From Tetramitus jugosus (taxonomy: Eukaryota; Protista; Heterolobosea), in assembly GCA_937625935.1 (NCBI GenBank), contig OW569362.1, forward strand, positions 1-64,000: a stretch of DNA of 64,000 bases, written 5' to 3'. The notes beneath the pieces were generated by a model. That model ran no database searches and was not told the origin of the DNA. It saw only the letters and a list, made by a program, of their open reading frames with translations. Made by a program: the position numbers and the translations under genes. This document shows, in pieces, positions 9,037 to 19,609 of the stretch; the stretch's first letter is position 1, and every line of letters begins with the position of its first letter.

Positions 9037-9174
9037 GACAATTCTTACGCTCGGAGCACTGCCAGTAAAGTTATTATTGCTTTTTGCAAGACAAAATTTC
9101 CTGACTTTGCAAGATATCAAGTAACAGTCTTTCCCTTAAAGAAACTTACATTACAAATGTACTTTTACTGCTGA
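9037..9174 (+). pseudogene. Short fragment of a third YR paralogue (N-terminal domain)
   Basis: DNSYARST...KFPDFARYQVTVFPLKKLTLQMYFY matches NTQYAPAT...KFKDFYKYQATPYPMKKLTLMMYLY of the intact YR. Confidence 0.8.
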
Positions 9175-9769
9175 TCTTTCAACCAACCTATCCAACTCCT
9201 CCAGGAGTAGATGTGAACTTCTTAGTTAGGAGAATTGTATCAATTTGAACCAGTTGATAGTGATGTTGTACCCATTTCGTTGGAATGACAAAAGAACTTT
9301 GATTTTAAATAAATTTGAGTTTGATTTGTAAAAAATGAAAAAGTTTTAGTTTTTTAGTTTTGAGTGAGGGATGAGCTTTTTTGTGTCATCTCAATTTTGC
9401 CATGAAGAAAGAACGAAAAAAGAAAAAAGCCCAAAAAAATCAAAAAACAATCAGAGTACGAGGAAAAAACTGGTCCAAAAGAAAGGGGAATCCATGCCCA
9501 ATTTTTGGAAAAACCGAGTTCAAGCCAAGCTGTCAAACCAAGCTTCCTCTCTCCTTTGCAAGGAGCAACCAACACCCAAGAAGTTTCTTCAAACACTTTC
9601 CAAACAACGTTTGCTCGAGCGGAGTATAGACCGAAACTCCGCATGGATACAAGCACTGAGCCATGAAATTGGATCAAATATTAATAAAAACTTTTATTTT
9701 TTGGCAACCTTGTGTGGCTTCGGATTGTTTAGCTCGCTGCCAGTTCTCTTGTTGGTTTGCACCACCAAC

Positions 9770-10830
9770 TCATGCACGATCTTGCAGAGATGTGTTGGGC
9801 GTCTCTGTCAACAAGGTGAGATTGATGTGATTCTCTATATGAGAGCTAGAGTAGGTACTTGTAACCCAGAATGGGAAGGTCTTGAGATCCTCCAACTTCT
9901 CAATGCCAAGAGGTGCTGCCAAGATGGATGCCATTTGAGAAACAGTCACCTTGTTGTAGGCTTGTGTGAGTTTGAGGAGGAGTTCACCCACACGAACGTC
10001 CTTTAGGAAGCCTTTCACCTCAGTGCCTTGAGTTTCTCTTCCTTTCAACAGTTGGAAGAGATCCTTGCCTTCCTTTGCCACCTCCTTTCTTCTCATTGCA
10101 TACCTATATTTAATCCTTCTTGTACCAGTAGCTTGTTTCCGATTATCATCTCCATTTTCTCTCAGCTTAATAAGGTGTTGTCTAATTCTGGAAGGCATTC
10201 TATCCTGAGACCACAATTCCTTCTTAATATTATCATCAATTGTAGAATGACTATGTTGAGACATGACCCAATAGGGGAAGGCTTCTAAAGCGGTCATACT
10301 TTCTACCCTCAATCTTCTTAAAATGGAAGTAGTCTCCAAATTTGAGCTTCTCTCATTGAAGACAAGTGTTAAATGGCCTAAGAACTCACCGACTCGGATC
10401 TCTCTTAGGGAACTCTTCAATTCCGATCCGATCGGATCTGCACCCTTAATGGTTCGGAAAAGATTCGCACCCTCCTCTCAGGTCTCCCTTACGTAAGAAG
10501 GCAATGATGGACACGTGTTTTCGTCGCTCAAACTCCTGATCACTCATTTTGGCCATCTGATCAACCGTTTCTGGACAATGGGGAGGCCTTTCCTCAATCT
10601 CCACAATATCCAGCCAATTCAAAGCCTTCTTTACAGACTCACTTGGTGGAATTTCAATTATTCACACAGTTCAGACAGCTTCTCAATCTCTTGCCTCATA
10701 CTATTGAGATTCAATAAAGTATCTCTTAGTTGGCTTGTAAGGTTACTATTGGAAGTTTTCTCTTCCTCCAATTTTTTCTTCAAGTCTTCAATCCTTGCTC
10801 ACCTTCTTTACAAGTGCTGTTAGCCAAGAG
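9770..10830 (-). pseudogene. Decayed gene with a coiled coil and two tandem copies of an ~100-aa unknown domain
   Basis: Copy 1: EEGANLFRTIKGADPIGSELKSSLREIRVGEFL...LEAFPYWVMSQHSHSTIDDNI. Copy 2: KEGKDLFQLLKGRETQGTEVKGFLKDVRVGELL...LKTFPFWVTSTYSSSHIENHI. An upstream coiled coil (IEDLKKKLEEEK) is separated by stops and a frameshift. Confidence 0.65.
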
Positions 10831-11469
10831 CATTGAAATCAACATCATAACTATATTGTCAGAAATAACATTCAACTGCACATTATCTGGGGATTCAAAC
10901 TCTTCATGAAATTTGGAAGTATTCAAAAAATTAAAAATTATAGCCAATGAAGAAAAAACAAATTGGAATAGCCGCGTATTAATCTATTATTTGGTTTTGT
11001 TTGTTGTATTCTGAGCGGAGTTTTATCTTCTACGATTTTGGCGCAAAATTCACTCATTCACTTCCTTAAGCGAAACGTTGCTAATTGTCCTAGGTGTTGT
11101 GCGACTTACATGGGTACCACCAGTTCAAAGTTCGTTGGAAGCACTATAAGGCTGATGAGGATTCGTGGATTCATGAATATGATTTCAGTGAAAGTATGGT
11201 ACGGAAAGCTGTGGAGCATTTTAAGAAAAAGAATAAGAAGAGTTGTTGCTTTCGGTAATCAAGGTTTTTGGTTCGGCGGTTTTTTGATACATGGATTGGG
11301 GAATCCAGAACGAAATCCAACAAGAAACAACAAGCTGTTAAACCTTCTTCATCAACCACCAAGTATAAGAAGAAGATAATTGTTTTCTTTTTTCGTATTG
11401 TTCACTTATTATGAATAAATTATGAGAGATGAGCATGACACAATAAATGAAGAAAAAATGTTTGACATA

Positions 11470-11940
11470 AATTTTCATGTATTGGGAGCATCCAGTGATA
11501 GTAGATCTTAAGACCCCCGATGGAGGAGTCTGAAAGTTATTATTCATATTCAAAATTTATTCACTTTGGAGGCAGGGGTACAATTTAGGAGTTTTTTGTA
11601 AACAACTAGCCCAAAAATTTACCGTTACACGGATTCAATATAATATTATTGCCTACAATGATTAGATTGATCATTTGTGTTGTTTGATGTATATGAACCT
11701 CCTGTACTTCCCGGGAGCATCCAGATATTATATTCACCTCTGACACCCTCCCTACCTGTTTTGAATAAATTTGAATAACACATTTTCCTGTAAATTCGAA
11801 CGTTACATTAATTCTCCTACTATGATTGGGATTAAGAGACCCCCTTTGATTAAAATATTGAATAAATTTCTCAGACCCCCTCCCTAGGGGGTGCGTAAGA
11901 AATAATATCTAGACGCTCCCCCCACCCGTGAATGAGAATT
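11470..11940. repeat. Degenerate inverted/direct repeat cluster (foldback or MITE relic)
   Basis: 11470-11550 is an imperfect reverse complement of 11855-11940. GGGAGCATCCAG occurs at 11484 and 11713. The reverse complement of 11901-11920 matches 11713-11732 at 17/20. Confidence 0.65.
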
Positions 11941-12775
11941 TTTCGCGCCAAAAAATACGGTCATGTCTACCCGTAGTTAAAGTTAAAAGTTCATTTGTAC
12001 TCTGCACAGAATTACAGTTTTGTTCATTATCGGTAAAATCCCTACACCAAAATGATGCACAGTATTATCATATCTACAACTGGAATCAGAAAACTCTGAA
12101 AGAACGATTGTGGATCCTAACTAAACAATTTAGAATACTTGCCCAAATTAAACTTACTTGCATCATACAATGGTCTTAATTGTAGTTGAATCTCTTCTGG
12201 TAATCTTAATCACTTGTAGACCTTAAAAATGATGTAGATGTTGTTAATGCTTTCGCAAATGACATGACTGTTCCACTGATATGAGAAATTACCTTGGTTC
12301 GATTGTCGCATGTTTTCCCTATCAGTGCTCAACAACATCATATAGGTATGTGTAACTATGCTGGAGAATATGAATCAACACCTTTGATGATTCGGTCTAC
12401 CCATACATTTCAAATGTAATTGAATAGTTGACCATTATTCCACTGTTCAACTAGTTCTCGTGTGTTCTTTCTCCATGGGTCCGTCTCAGGAAGTGATACA
12501 TATGGACCGTAACGAACAATTATTTACTTATGGGAGAAAAGTGTATTCAACAACCAAGGATTTTATTTGGTTCGTGGAGTCTTGGTATACCCGGTACTAA
12601 AAGAACCAAAAGATGAAGCTGATGAAAACATGTCATTTCTTCAATCATTGTAGAGTAAATCTGTCAGCGGAGATACACAAACATCAGATCTGGTATTCTT
12701 AGGATCTGATCAGGAAATTTCAACAAGTTTCTGATCGACTCTGTGTGACAATTCCATGTTAAATCCTTCAGGAAA

Positions 12776-13471
12776 ATGATCAAAATATTGGTACTGGTGT
12801 TGTTCGCCATGATTTGGACTGTCAAAGCCCATGTGGAAGCAAGTGAAAAGGATGGCATACTTCAGGGTTTCTGTGAAATACAAGATGAATCATTATACTT
12901 TGAAGTTAGAGAGCAATACTTGAGAATATGTTTGGAACATGGAACTCAACTTTTTATGCTAAAGTACAGTGGTGGTGGCAATAGTGGTAAAGAAGACACT
13001 TTGATTATTCTGGATCACATTATCACCAATAATACCAGAGATTCAAAAAGCAGAGAATATTTCCAACAAGTGGCTCATTTGCCTTCAACTCTGATGATTC
13101 CAGAATGCTCTTTTGAATTGGCAGATTTGGGATTTCATGGCAAGAATGATGATTTAGCAGCCAAATTTCACATGTTCGCATTGTGGGTTCATAATGCTCT
13201 AACATACAAGTACAGAATCAATAGAGAAGCAAAGCTCGAGTGGCGTATGAATGAGAATGAAGAATGTCCTAGTCCCTACAGGAAATGCAACAATTCATGT
13301 TTCGGAATGTGTGGTAATTCATGTAGTTGTTGGGAACATATTTGTGGTGATTGTCAATGTCATGCTGGTTGCGAAGATCATGACTATTATTGCTCATGTA
13401 AGAGTGTTTTCCATCCACTTTGTTTCTCCTTTACACCTTTTGTAAGTAGGAGATGTTCTTGTTGTAAATAA
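12776..13471 (+). CDS. Secreted cysteine-rich protein with a PLA2-like C-x-x-H-D motif
   Basis: Signal peptide MIKILVLVLFAMIWTVKA. C-terminal CFGMCGNSCSCWEHICGDCQCHAGCEDHDYYC. Confidence 0.75.
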   Translation: MIKILVLVLFAMIWTVKAHVEASEKDGILQGFCEIQDESLYFEVREQYLRICLEHGTQLFMLKYSGGGNSGKEDTLIILDHIITNNTRDSKSREYFQQVAHLPSTLMIPECSFELADLGFHGKNDDLAAKFHMFALWVHNALTYKYRINREAKLEWRMNENEECPSPYRKCNNSCFGMCGNSCSCWEHICGDCQCHAGCEDHDYYCSCKSVFHPLCFSFTPFVSRRCSCCK

Positions 13472-13635
13472 TCTTCCTGATGGTCATGGACTTTGTTAAA
13501 TGTTGACCAACTAATGATGAAGACTAGCCTATTCTTTTCCCATCAGCTTGAACTTTGAGTCACTTTATTCATCTATCAATGAAACTTGTCATATTGTGAG
13601 GCCTTCTGATTACACTATGTTCGTTCTTCAAGTTA

Positions 13636-14139
13636 TTATTCTTCTCCTAGCAAACTGATGCAAGTTGATTGATTCTGCTTATTGTGTAAATAGAATGAGT
13701 ATGACTGTTGTACTGCTTGAAGTAGCTCAGAGTTTCCTTGGCAAATGCTGAACAATATCTGTCTTAAGCACTCGGTTGAACTTTCTCCATGTTTCTCAAT
13801 CAACTGACAATGTGTTAATCTGACATCTTCTAATAATGGTAGAATCATTGGATCTTGGTTGATAAAGTAATCGATTAACGTTGGTAATGCTCGAGTTATT
13901 AGTAAACCGATTGTTTCTCGCCTGACAACAGCACCATGTCTTGATAAGCTGAAAATGATATGTGCAACTTGATCATCCTTCTGCATCTCACTTGGACTGT
14001 TAACAGATTTATCAGTAACGTTACTTACAAACCTGATGAAACCAATCATAACCTTGATCATTACTTCAAAAATAGTGTCTCCATTGATTGTTACATAATT
14101 TAGATCAAACTCATACTTGAATAAAATGCGTTCCAACAC
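13636..14139 (-). CDS. Hypothetical protein or 5'-truncated remnant (weakly ankyrin-like start)
   Basis: 167-aa ORF with a non-ATG start; DLNYVTINGDTIF resembles an ankyrin turn. Confidence 0.3.
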   Translation of the reverse strand: MLERILFKYEFDLNYVTINGDTIFEVMIKVMIGFIRFVSNVTDKSVNSPSEMQKDDQVAHIIFSLSRHGAVVRRETIGLLITRALPTLIDYFINQDPMILPLLEDVRLTHCQLIEKHGESSTECLRQILFSICQGNSELLQAVQQSYSFYLHNKQNQSTCISLLGEE

Positions 14140-14159
14140 TTCAAACCATAATTCAATCG

Positions 14160-14807
14160 ATGGGAAGAGAAGAGATCGAAAACTATTTTCGATTGGGAAA
14201 ACTGTTCAATGTCAACTTGAATGAGAATCGAAATATCGTAGATGAGCATTTCAAATGTTTTGAAGGCATTCACACACTTAGGATGAATTGGTGTCATAGA
14301 ATTACAGACAAAGCAATTCGATATTTGACTGGTATTCACACACTCGATATTAGTAATTGTATCAATGTCACTGATGATGCATTTCGTCATTTGACAGGTA
14401 TTCACACACTAGATATGTGTGGTTGCATTTCCTTTATACATCTAAAAGGAATTCACGACCTGGCTATGAGTGCTAACAATAATATCACAGATAACGCACA
14501 TCGTCATTTAACTGGAATTCACTCACTCAATATGCGTGGTTGCAGTCAAATTACTGATAGTGCATTTGCTCATTTGACAGGTATTCAAGAACTTGATATG
14601 AGCGATTGTCAGAGCATCAAAGATAACGCCTTTCGTCATTTGACTGGCACTAAAGAACTGAATATGAGTAATTGTAAGAATATCACGGATAATGCGTTTT
14701 GTTATTTGACAGGAATTCGCAAATTGATAATGAATGGATGTGATCAAGAATCTATCACAGAGAAGGCATTACTTAATTTGCATGATATTCAAACACTTAG
14801 TGGGTGA
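14160..14807 (+). CDS. Leucine-rich repeat protein (cysteine-containing, F-box/AMN1-type LRR)
   Basis: About 7 tandem 25-aa repeats of the form GIHTLDMSNCxNITDNAFRHLT. Confidence 0.85.
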   Translation: MGREEIENYFRLGKLFNVNLNENRNIVDEHFKCFEGIHTLRMNWCHRITDKAIRYLTGIHTLDISNCINVTDDAFRHLTGIHTLDMCGCISFIHLKGIHDLAMSANNNITDNAHRHLTGIHSLNMRGCSQITDSAFAHLTGIQELDMSDCQSIKDNAFRHLTGTKELNMSNCKNITDNAFCYLTGIRKLIMNGCDQESITEKALLNLHDIQTLSG

Positions 14808-15753
14808 ATAGTGGACGAAACAAAGCTTTCATCAAAAAAGTGGTTGATTATTGTGAGTACCGTTCAATAACTCTTCATGGAATGTAGTTGCAGATGACCA
14901 TTGCAGCTCATTATCCTGGTTTGTCTCACTTATATGATGAAACAAAAGGAAGATTTTGATGCAAACACACTTGCTGGAAATTTACCTCTAGAACAAGATT
15001 AGCATAGCTTCTCTTCAGAAATTCTTGTCTCATTGAATCACAGAATGATGGAACAATTTCATCCAACGTTCCTTGATAATCATTAAAACATTGCGCTCCT
15101 TTGTCTCGAGCTTCATCTGAAATGCTCTATTAACTCGCTGAAGTATAAGATGAAGGTGATCTAAAATAAATTTGTGGAGAGCATCATCGAGCATTGGATA
15201 GATGTATTCGGATGCAGAAGAGTTATCACAAGTGATTAATCAAACACAAAAGAACGACGATGTTGATGAAAGTCCGGAGCTAAGTATCAAGTCGATGTGC
15301 ATGACATAACAAAGAGCTTCATTGTTATGACTCATTTGGAACAAAGCAATAATTAATTGGAGAACCCTAAGAATGCATGCATTGAACAACTTGTCCAACA
15401 TTGGGATAACAATATTACCTTGAAGTTTGCACTTCCATAAACCTGCCCGATGGATGTGAATACTACCCAAACACAAGCCCAATCCACCTCCAGATGCCAA
15501 TAGTATTCAAGATCCATTGTGCAGATGTCCAACTGACCTTCCAGTTCAATAATTCTGTAGCCGCGTCATTGAGCTATTTAGATCCCTTCCACCCAGAGTT
15601 TTTAGCTCGCGAAAAACCATAAGGAGAGTCCGACCCGATAATAAGGGATGTCGCACTGAAAAATGAGAATGGAACTTCATTTTTGTGATCCAGATAAATT
15701 TGATGTGAAGGTTGACGAGTTTGTTGTTTGTGCATCATCATCCGAAAAAAATA

Positions 15754-16662
15754 ATGAAAGTCATCGTTCTTTGTTTGGCTCTTGTGCTCATTCTATCAAC
15801 TTTGGTCGCTGCAAAGTGGTCCAGACAAGATGAGAAGGCAATGAAGCGTGTGTTGCATAAATTGGTCAAAGAGACATACAGTGATCTCTCTGACAGTCAA
15901 GGTTCAACCAACACATATGCTCAAGCACTTCAGTATGCAAGAAGTCATCCAAAACGTGATGGTGGTTCATGGAATCAATGGTGTGCATCTTTGATGGTTC
16001 GTGCTGGAAACTTGCCAGATAGATCTGTTCGTGAGAGTGCTATTATTGCTTATCGTGCCAGTACAATTGTTTCAAGAGATGTCAATGCTGCTCCACCTGG
16101 TTCTTTCCATTGGTGGGATATTGGTCAATATGGACATGTTGCTATGGCAACTGATAGAGGTTGGGCTTTGATGGCTTCTCGTAATGTGAGAGAATCATGG
16201 GGAGATGCTATTGGTGTCACTCCAGTTGATGACTACACAAGTAGAACTGGTGCTCGTTATCTCGGTTGGTCCTATGATTATGTTGGATCAGAGATTGCTG
16301 ATGTTCGTCGTCCAGGTCCTCGTCCTCCTGGTCCAACTCCTCCATCAGGTCCTGTACCTCAAACATCGACTGCTGTGGATGGAGTTCCTGGAAATATCTA
16401 TTATAGACGTCTGCAATTGTTTGCCAGCAAGAATGGATATACTGGACCTCTTGATGGTCAAATGGGAAAGAACTCTTGGGCTGGTGTCCAGAGAGGATTG
16501 AGACAATTTGGATACACTGGTCCAGATGATGGTGCACCAGGTGCAAATACATACAAGGCAATGCAAGTCGCTGCCCGAACATTTGGTTATAGCGGCCCAA
16601 TTGATGGATCTATGGGTGCCAACTCATACAGAGGCTTTGCAAAGTTCTTAAACACCTTGTAA
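15754..16662 (+). CDS. Secreted peptidoglycan hydrolase: CHAP/NlpC-P60-like amidase, Pro linker and peptidoglycan-binding repeats
   Basis: Signal peptide MKVIVLCLALVLILSTLVAA. Cys/His dyad in WNQWCASLM and GQYGHVAM. Linker PGPRPPGPTPPSGP. Three repeats GY(T/S)GPxDGxxGxN(S/T). Confidence 0.85.
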   Translation: MKVIVLCLALVLILSTLVAAKWSRQDEKAMKRVLHKLVKETYSDLSDSQGSTNTYAQALQYARSHPKRDGGSWNQWCASLMVRAGNLPDRSVRESAIIAYRASTIVSRDVNAAPPGSFHWWDIGQYGHVAMATDRGWALMASRNVRESWGDAIGVTPVDDYTSRTGARYLGWSYDYVGSEIADVRRPGPRPPGPTPPSGPVPQTSTAVDGVPGNIYYRRLQLFASKNGYTGPLDGQMGKNSWAGVQRGLRQFGYTGPDDGAPGANTYKAMQVAARTFGYSGPIDGSMGANSYRGFAKFLNTL

Positions 16663-16916
16663 TGCATAAAACCCTTGATTGTGAACAACAATTTTGCAAA
16701 GTTCTTGAACAACGTGAAAGATAATCTTCTTTTATGAATTCGTTTTATCCCTGCCCGTGGTCAAGGTACTGTTAATCTCGTAAATCTCGTACCGAATAAT
16801 TGCGTGATCAACGAAGCGTTCATCTGTAGCAGCTCTTCCCGCCAGGGATTCCGATAATGGCTGGTTTTACGATTTGATAAAATTATAATGCACCTTAAAA
16901 AACAAAAAACAACAAA

Positions 16917-17675
16917 ATGAGCAAGCTCAACGAATCGCCACAGTCTGACTTAGATATCCAACTTGATTTTCTTGGAGAGAGGCCCTCCACCATATCGGAG
17001 TCAGATGGAGAGAGACCCTTCACGGCACCTCCAACCATCAATGTCTATCAACTAACCCCGCACCAACCTCAAGAATCGGACCTTCCTTTCGTTGTAAGAA
17101 AAAGAAAAATCAGTGAATTGGTTTATATGAACGACATGGATGAAACACCACCAAAGATGTTCAAATTGGAGAGCACTCAGGTTTATGAAAAAGAAGATAT
17201 CCACTCATTGCTTCGAGAAATTAACCAGAAATTGAGTGAACAAGGTGAGAACTTGAATGGACAAGGTAAGAAGTTGAGTGAGCAAGGTAAGAAAGTGAGT
17301 GAACTAGGTAAGAAATTAAATGAACAAGGTGAGAAGTTGAATGAACAAGCTGAGCAAATAAGGGTACTACAAACTCAAGCACTTGTGAACATTTTGAAAT
17401 TCAAAAATATGGAGAACAATTTGAAGGGTGAAAGAGTTATCTCAAGTGAACTGCTCAAATCAATCCAGAGTGTCATCAAAATGGGAAGAGATGTAAGTTT
17501 GGAATCCATCAGCAACGAGCTCTTTGATGAATTGGAATTGGTCTATGTTCGAGGTAATCGAATTGTTGAGTTCTTATCCGAAGAGACTCGTCCCTTCGAT
17601 AGCACATCCAAGAATGTTCGAGAAGTAGTCGCTCAGAAAGTCAAAGATTGGATCAAGTCACAATTTTACCAATAA
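16917..17675 (+). CDS. Hypothetical coiled-coil protein with 7-aa repeats (LxEQGKK)
   Basis: 252-aa ATG ORF with about six heptad repeats at ~17230-17350. Confidence 0.7.
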   Translation: MSKLNESPQSDLDIQLDFLGERPSTISESDGERPFTAPPTINVYQLTPHQPQESDLPFVVRKRKISELVYMNDMDETPPKMFKLESTQVYEKEDIHSLLREINQKLSEQGENLNGQGKKLSEQGKKVSELGKKLNEQGEKLNEQAEQIRVLQTQALVNILKFKNMENNLKGERVISSELLKSIQSVIKMGRDVSLESISNELFDELELVYVRGNRIVEFLSEETRPFDSTSKNVREVVAQKVKDWIKSQFYQ

Positions 17676-17792
17676 AACCTGTCCCAAGAACAAGAATAAT
17701 CCTCGAGTAGTCTGTCAGAGGAGTAAAACCTCATCCAGTATTTTGATCAGTCATAACTACTCTTCATCTATACCTCTGTGCGACTTGGTCAG

Positions 17793-17893
17793 ATGAAAGA
17801 GGATATGGATCAAGTGAAGGAAGAAACCAAAAGTCTCCAGTCTCAATTGAAGCAGGTGAAACAGGATATGGATCAAGTGAAGGAAGAGAAGTG
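17793..17893 (+). repeat. 63-bp-period direct repeat (coiled-coil gene remnant)
   Basis: GGATATGGATCAAGTGAAGGAAGA at 17801-17824 and 17864-17887, reading DMDQVKEE twice. Confidence 0.6.
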
Positions 17894-18111
17894 AGTGCTC
17901 GAGTTGAAGTTGGAAAAACAAAGGGTATCTCTAACGGCCAGGCTCAATGCCAACTGTGACAGATAGGATCAACAGTATCGAATGCAATCATGGTGAAAGA
18001 CTACATCAACACCTTGTAGAAACTCCAGTGACGAGAAACAGGCACGAATATCCCTAACTATCAATCCAATCCGAATTCCTACAAAAATTGCCCTGCGTTG
18101 ATTTCTCCAAT

Positions 18112-19560
18112 TTACGATTTCTGTGTTTTTTCAATGAACTCCATCACTAATCGATCCACAAAATTTTCAGTGTAATTCGCTATTGTATAAGGCAACAAAG
18201 TGTCTAGCCAACCGACATGCCCACCACATTTAGTTTGAATGAAGGCCAAATTTTTGTTACCTCTGGCTGCAGAGATCGGTATGCACTCATATCGACTGAT
18301 TGGGTCATCCCTGGCATTAACACTAAGCATTGGTACATCTACATAAGGCGCCCAGTTTCGACTGGATGATATATCATAAAAGTCGTGCAAATTTGACAAT
18401 AAACTGATATCACGATTCTCCTGTTTCATTAATCGGTGCAACATTGGAAGACTGACATGCTCATCTAGCTCACGAGTGGTTTTACACTGTGATAGCCTCG
18501 CCAACATAACTTGGTCAAAGTCTCTCGATTCTGGAGTGGATGTCATCGAGATATTGACTCGAAACATATCCGCTCTCTTTTGGGCAAAAAATGAATCGTA
18601 TAGATAGTAATGCAATTTGTTGTGACATAAAATATCTGTTGCGACATCTAAATCGTATGGATTACCGATCGATACTACAGCTTTGAATGGGTGAGACAGT
18701 TTTCTTTCGTTCTTTGTTGCCACAATGTTCTCTCCCTTGAAATACTTGGGTTTTGGATTGATGTCCACGAGATGAAACAAAGAATTGGCTTTTCTCACAT
18801 TCTCTGAGACAAGGGAACTCCTTTCACCAATATACTGCACTAAAATATTTGCTCCCAAACTCACTCCAACGCCAATCAACGGATGATCATCACCCAGTTC
18901 ATTCTCAACGACTCGTAAAATATTGGATAGATCACCAATCGTATGCGTGATTCCAGGAATAATCGGATACTCATCCTTACTCATCACATCCAAACCCTCT
19001 TTGGACATGTAATTGAACACAATACAACGATAATTTCTTTCGACCGCAAACTGGACTAAATTCAACACTCCAACACCATCCGTTCCCGATACGACACCAG
19101 GCATAATAAACAATGTTTTTTCAGGTTCTCGAGTAAAGTTTAAACTCTTTTTCGGTGTTATCCAATCCAGATAGACTGTCGCCCCACTTCCTACAAACGT
19201 ATGTTTCGTTCTCTTTAGATCCATAATATCGTGCAAATCAGCTTGAGTAGGCTTCCTAAACAGAGCATTGAACACTGTTTGGGCATGTGGATTGGTTAGG
19301 TACCATGTCGGGCTGTAAACTTTCTTTGCATGTTCCAATTCCCAAACCAAATGATCTTCATTGTTACAAATGATCTCGGGAGCCTTGCAGCAATGATCCC
19401 TCCAGTACTTGTGATGAGAATGAATTCCAAATCCAGTGAGAGTCAACAGAGAAGTGCTCAACAAAGATCCCGTAATCACAAAAGTTCGTGTTCTAAAGTA
19501 CATTTTGTGCTTGTTGTTGTTTTTGTTTTCCAGAGGAGTGGTGAGCTTTCTTGTGATCAT
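18112..19560 (-). CDS. Alpha/beta hydrolase, ABHD1/2/3 (YheT/EHT1-like) family
   Basis: NPHAQTV motif, GVSLG nucleophile elbow, NARDDPI (Asp) and GGHVGW (His). Start is ATG 19560 or 19503. Confidence 0.9.
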   Translation of the reverse strand: MITRKLTTPLENKNNNKHKMYFRTRTFVITGSLLSTSLLTLTGFGIHSHHKYWRDHCCKAPEIICNNEDHLVWELEHAKKVYSPTWYLTNPHAQTVFNALFRKPTQADLHDIMDLKRTKHTFVGSGATVYLDWITPKKSLNFTREPEKTLFIMPGVVSGTDGVGVLNLVQFAVERNYRCIVFNYMSKEGLDVMSKDEYPIIPGITHTIGDLSNILRVVENELGDDHPLIGVGVSLGANILVQYIGERSSLVSENVRKANSLFHLVDINPKPKYFKGENIVATKNERKLSHPFKAVVSIGNPYDLDVATDILCHNKLHYYLYDSFFAQKRADMFRVNISMTSTPESRDFDQVMLARLSQCKTTRELDEHVSLPMLHRLMKQENRDISLLSNLHDFYDISSSRNWAPYVDVPMLSVNARDDPISRYECIPISAARGNKNLAFIQTKCGGHVGWLDTLLPYTIANYTENFVDRLVMEFIEKTQKS

Positions 19561-19609
19561 CCTTGTTTCGGACAACAAAAATAACAACCGAAGAACACAC
19601 AGAGAAAAA

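Noticed and set aside
2341-9174. DIRS/Ngaro retrotransposon interpretation of the YR region
   Set aside because: No reverse transcriptase (YxDD), RNase H or gag ORF, and no long terminal or split repeats were seen.
11038-11379. Possible transposase HTH fragment next to the foldback region
   Set aside because: Too short and degraded, with no DDE motifs; I cannot support the call.
14260-14750. 75-bp periodic repeats resembling a CRISPR array
   Set aside because: These are in-frame LRR coding repeats with no constant repeat/unique spacer pattern and no cas genes.
16636-16712. TTTGCAAAGTTCTT repeated across the stop of the lysin-like gene
   Set aside because: A small local duplication of the gene's 3' end; it does not bracket any element, so it is not a credible target-site duplication.
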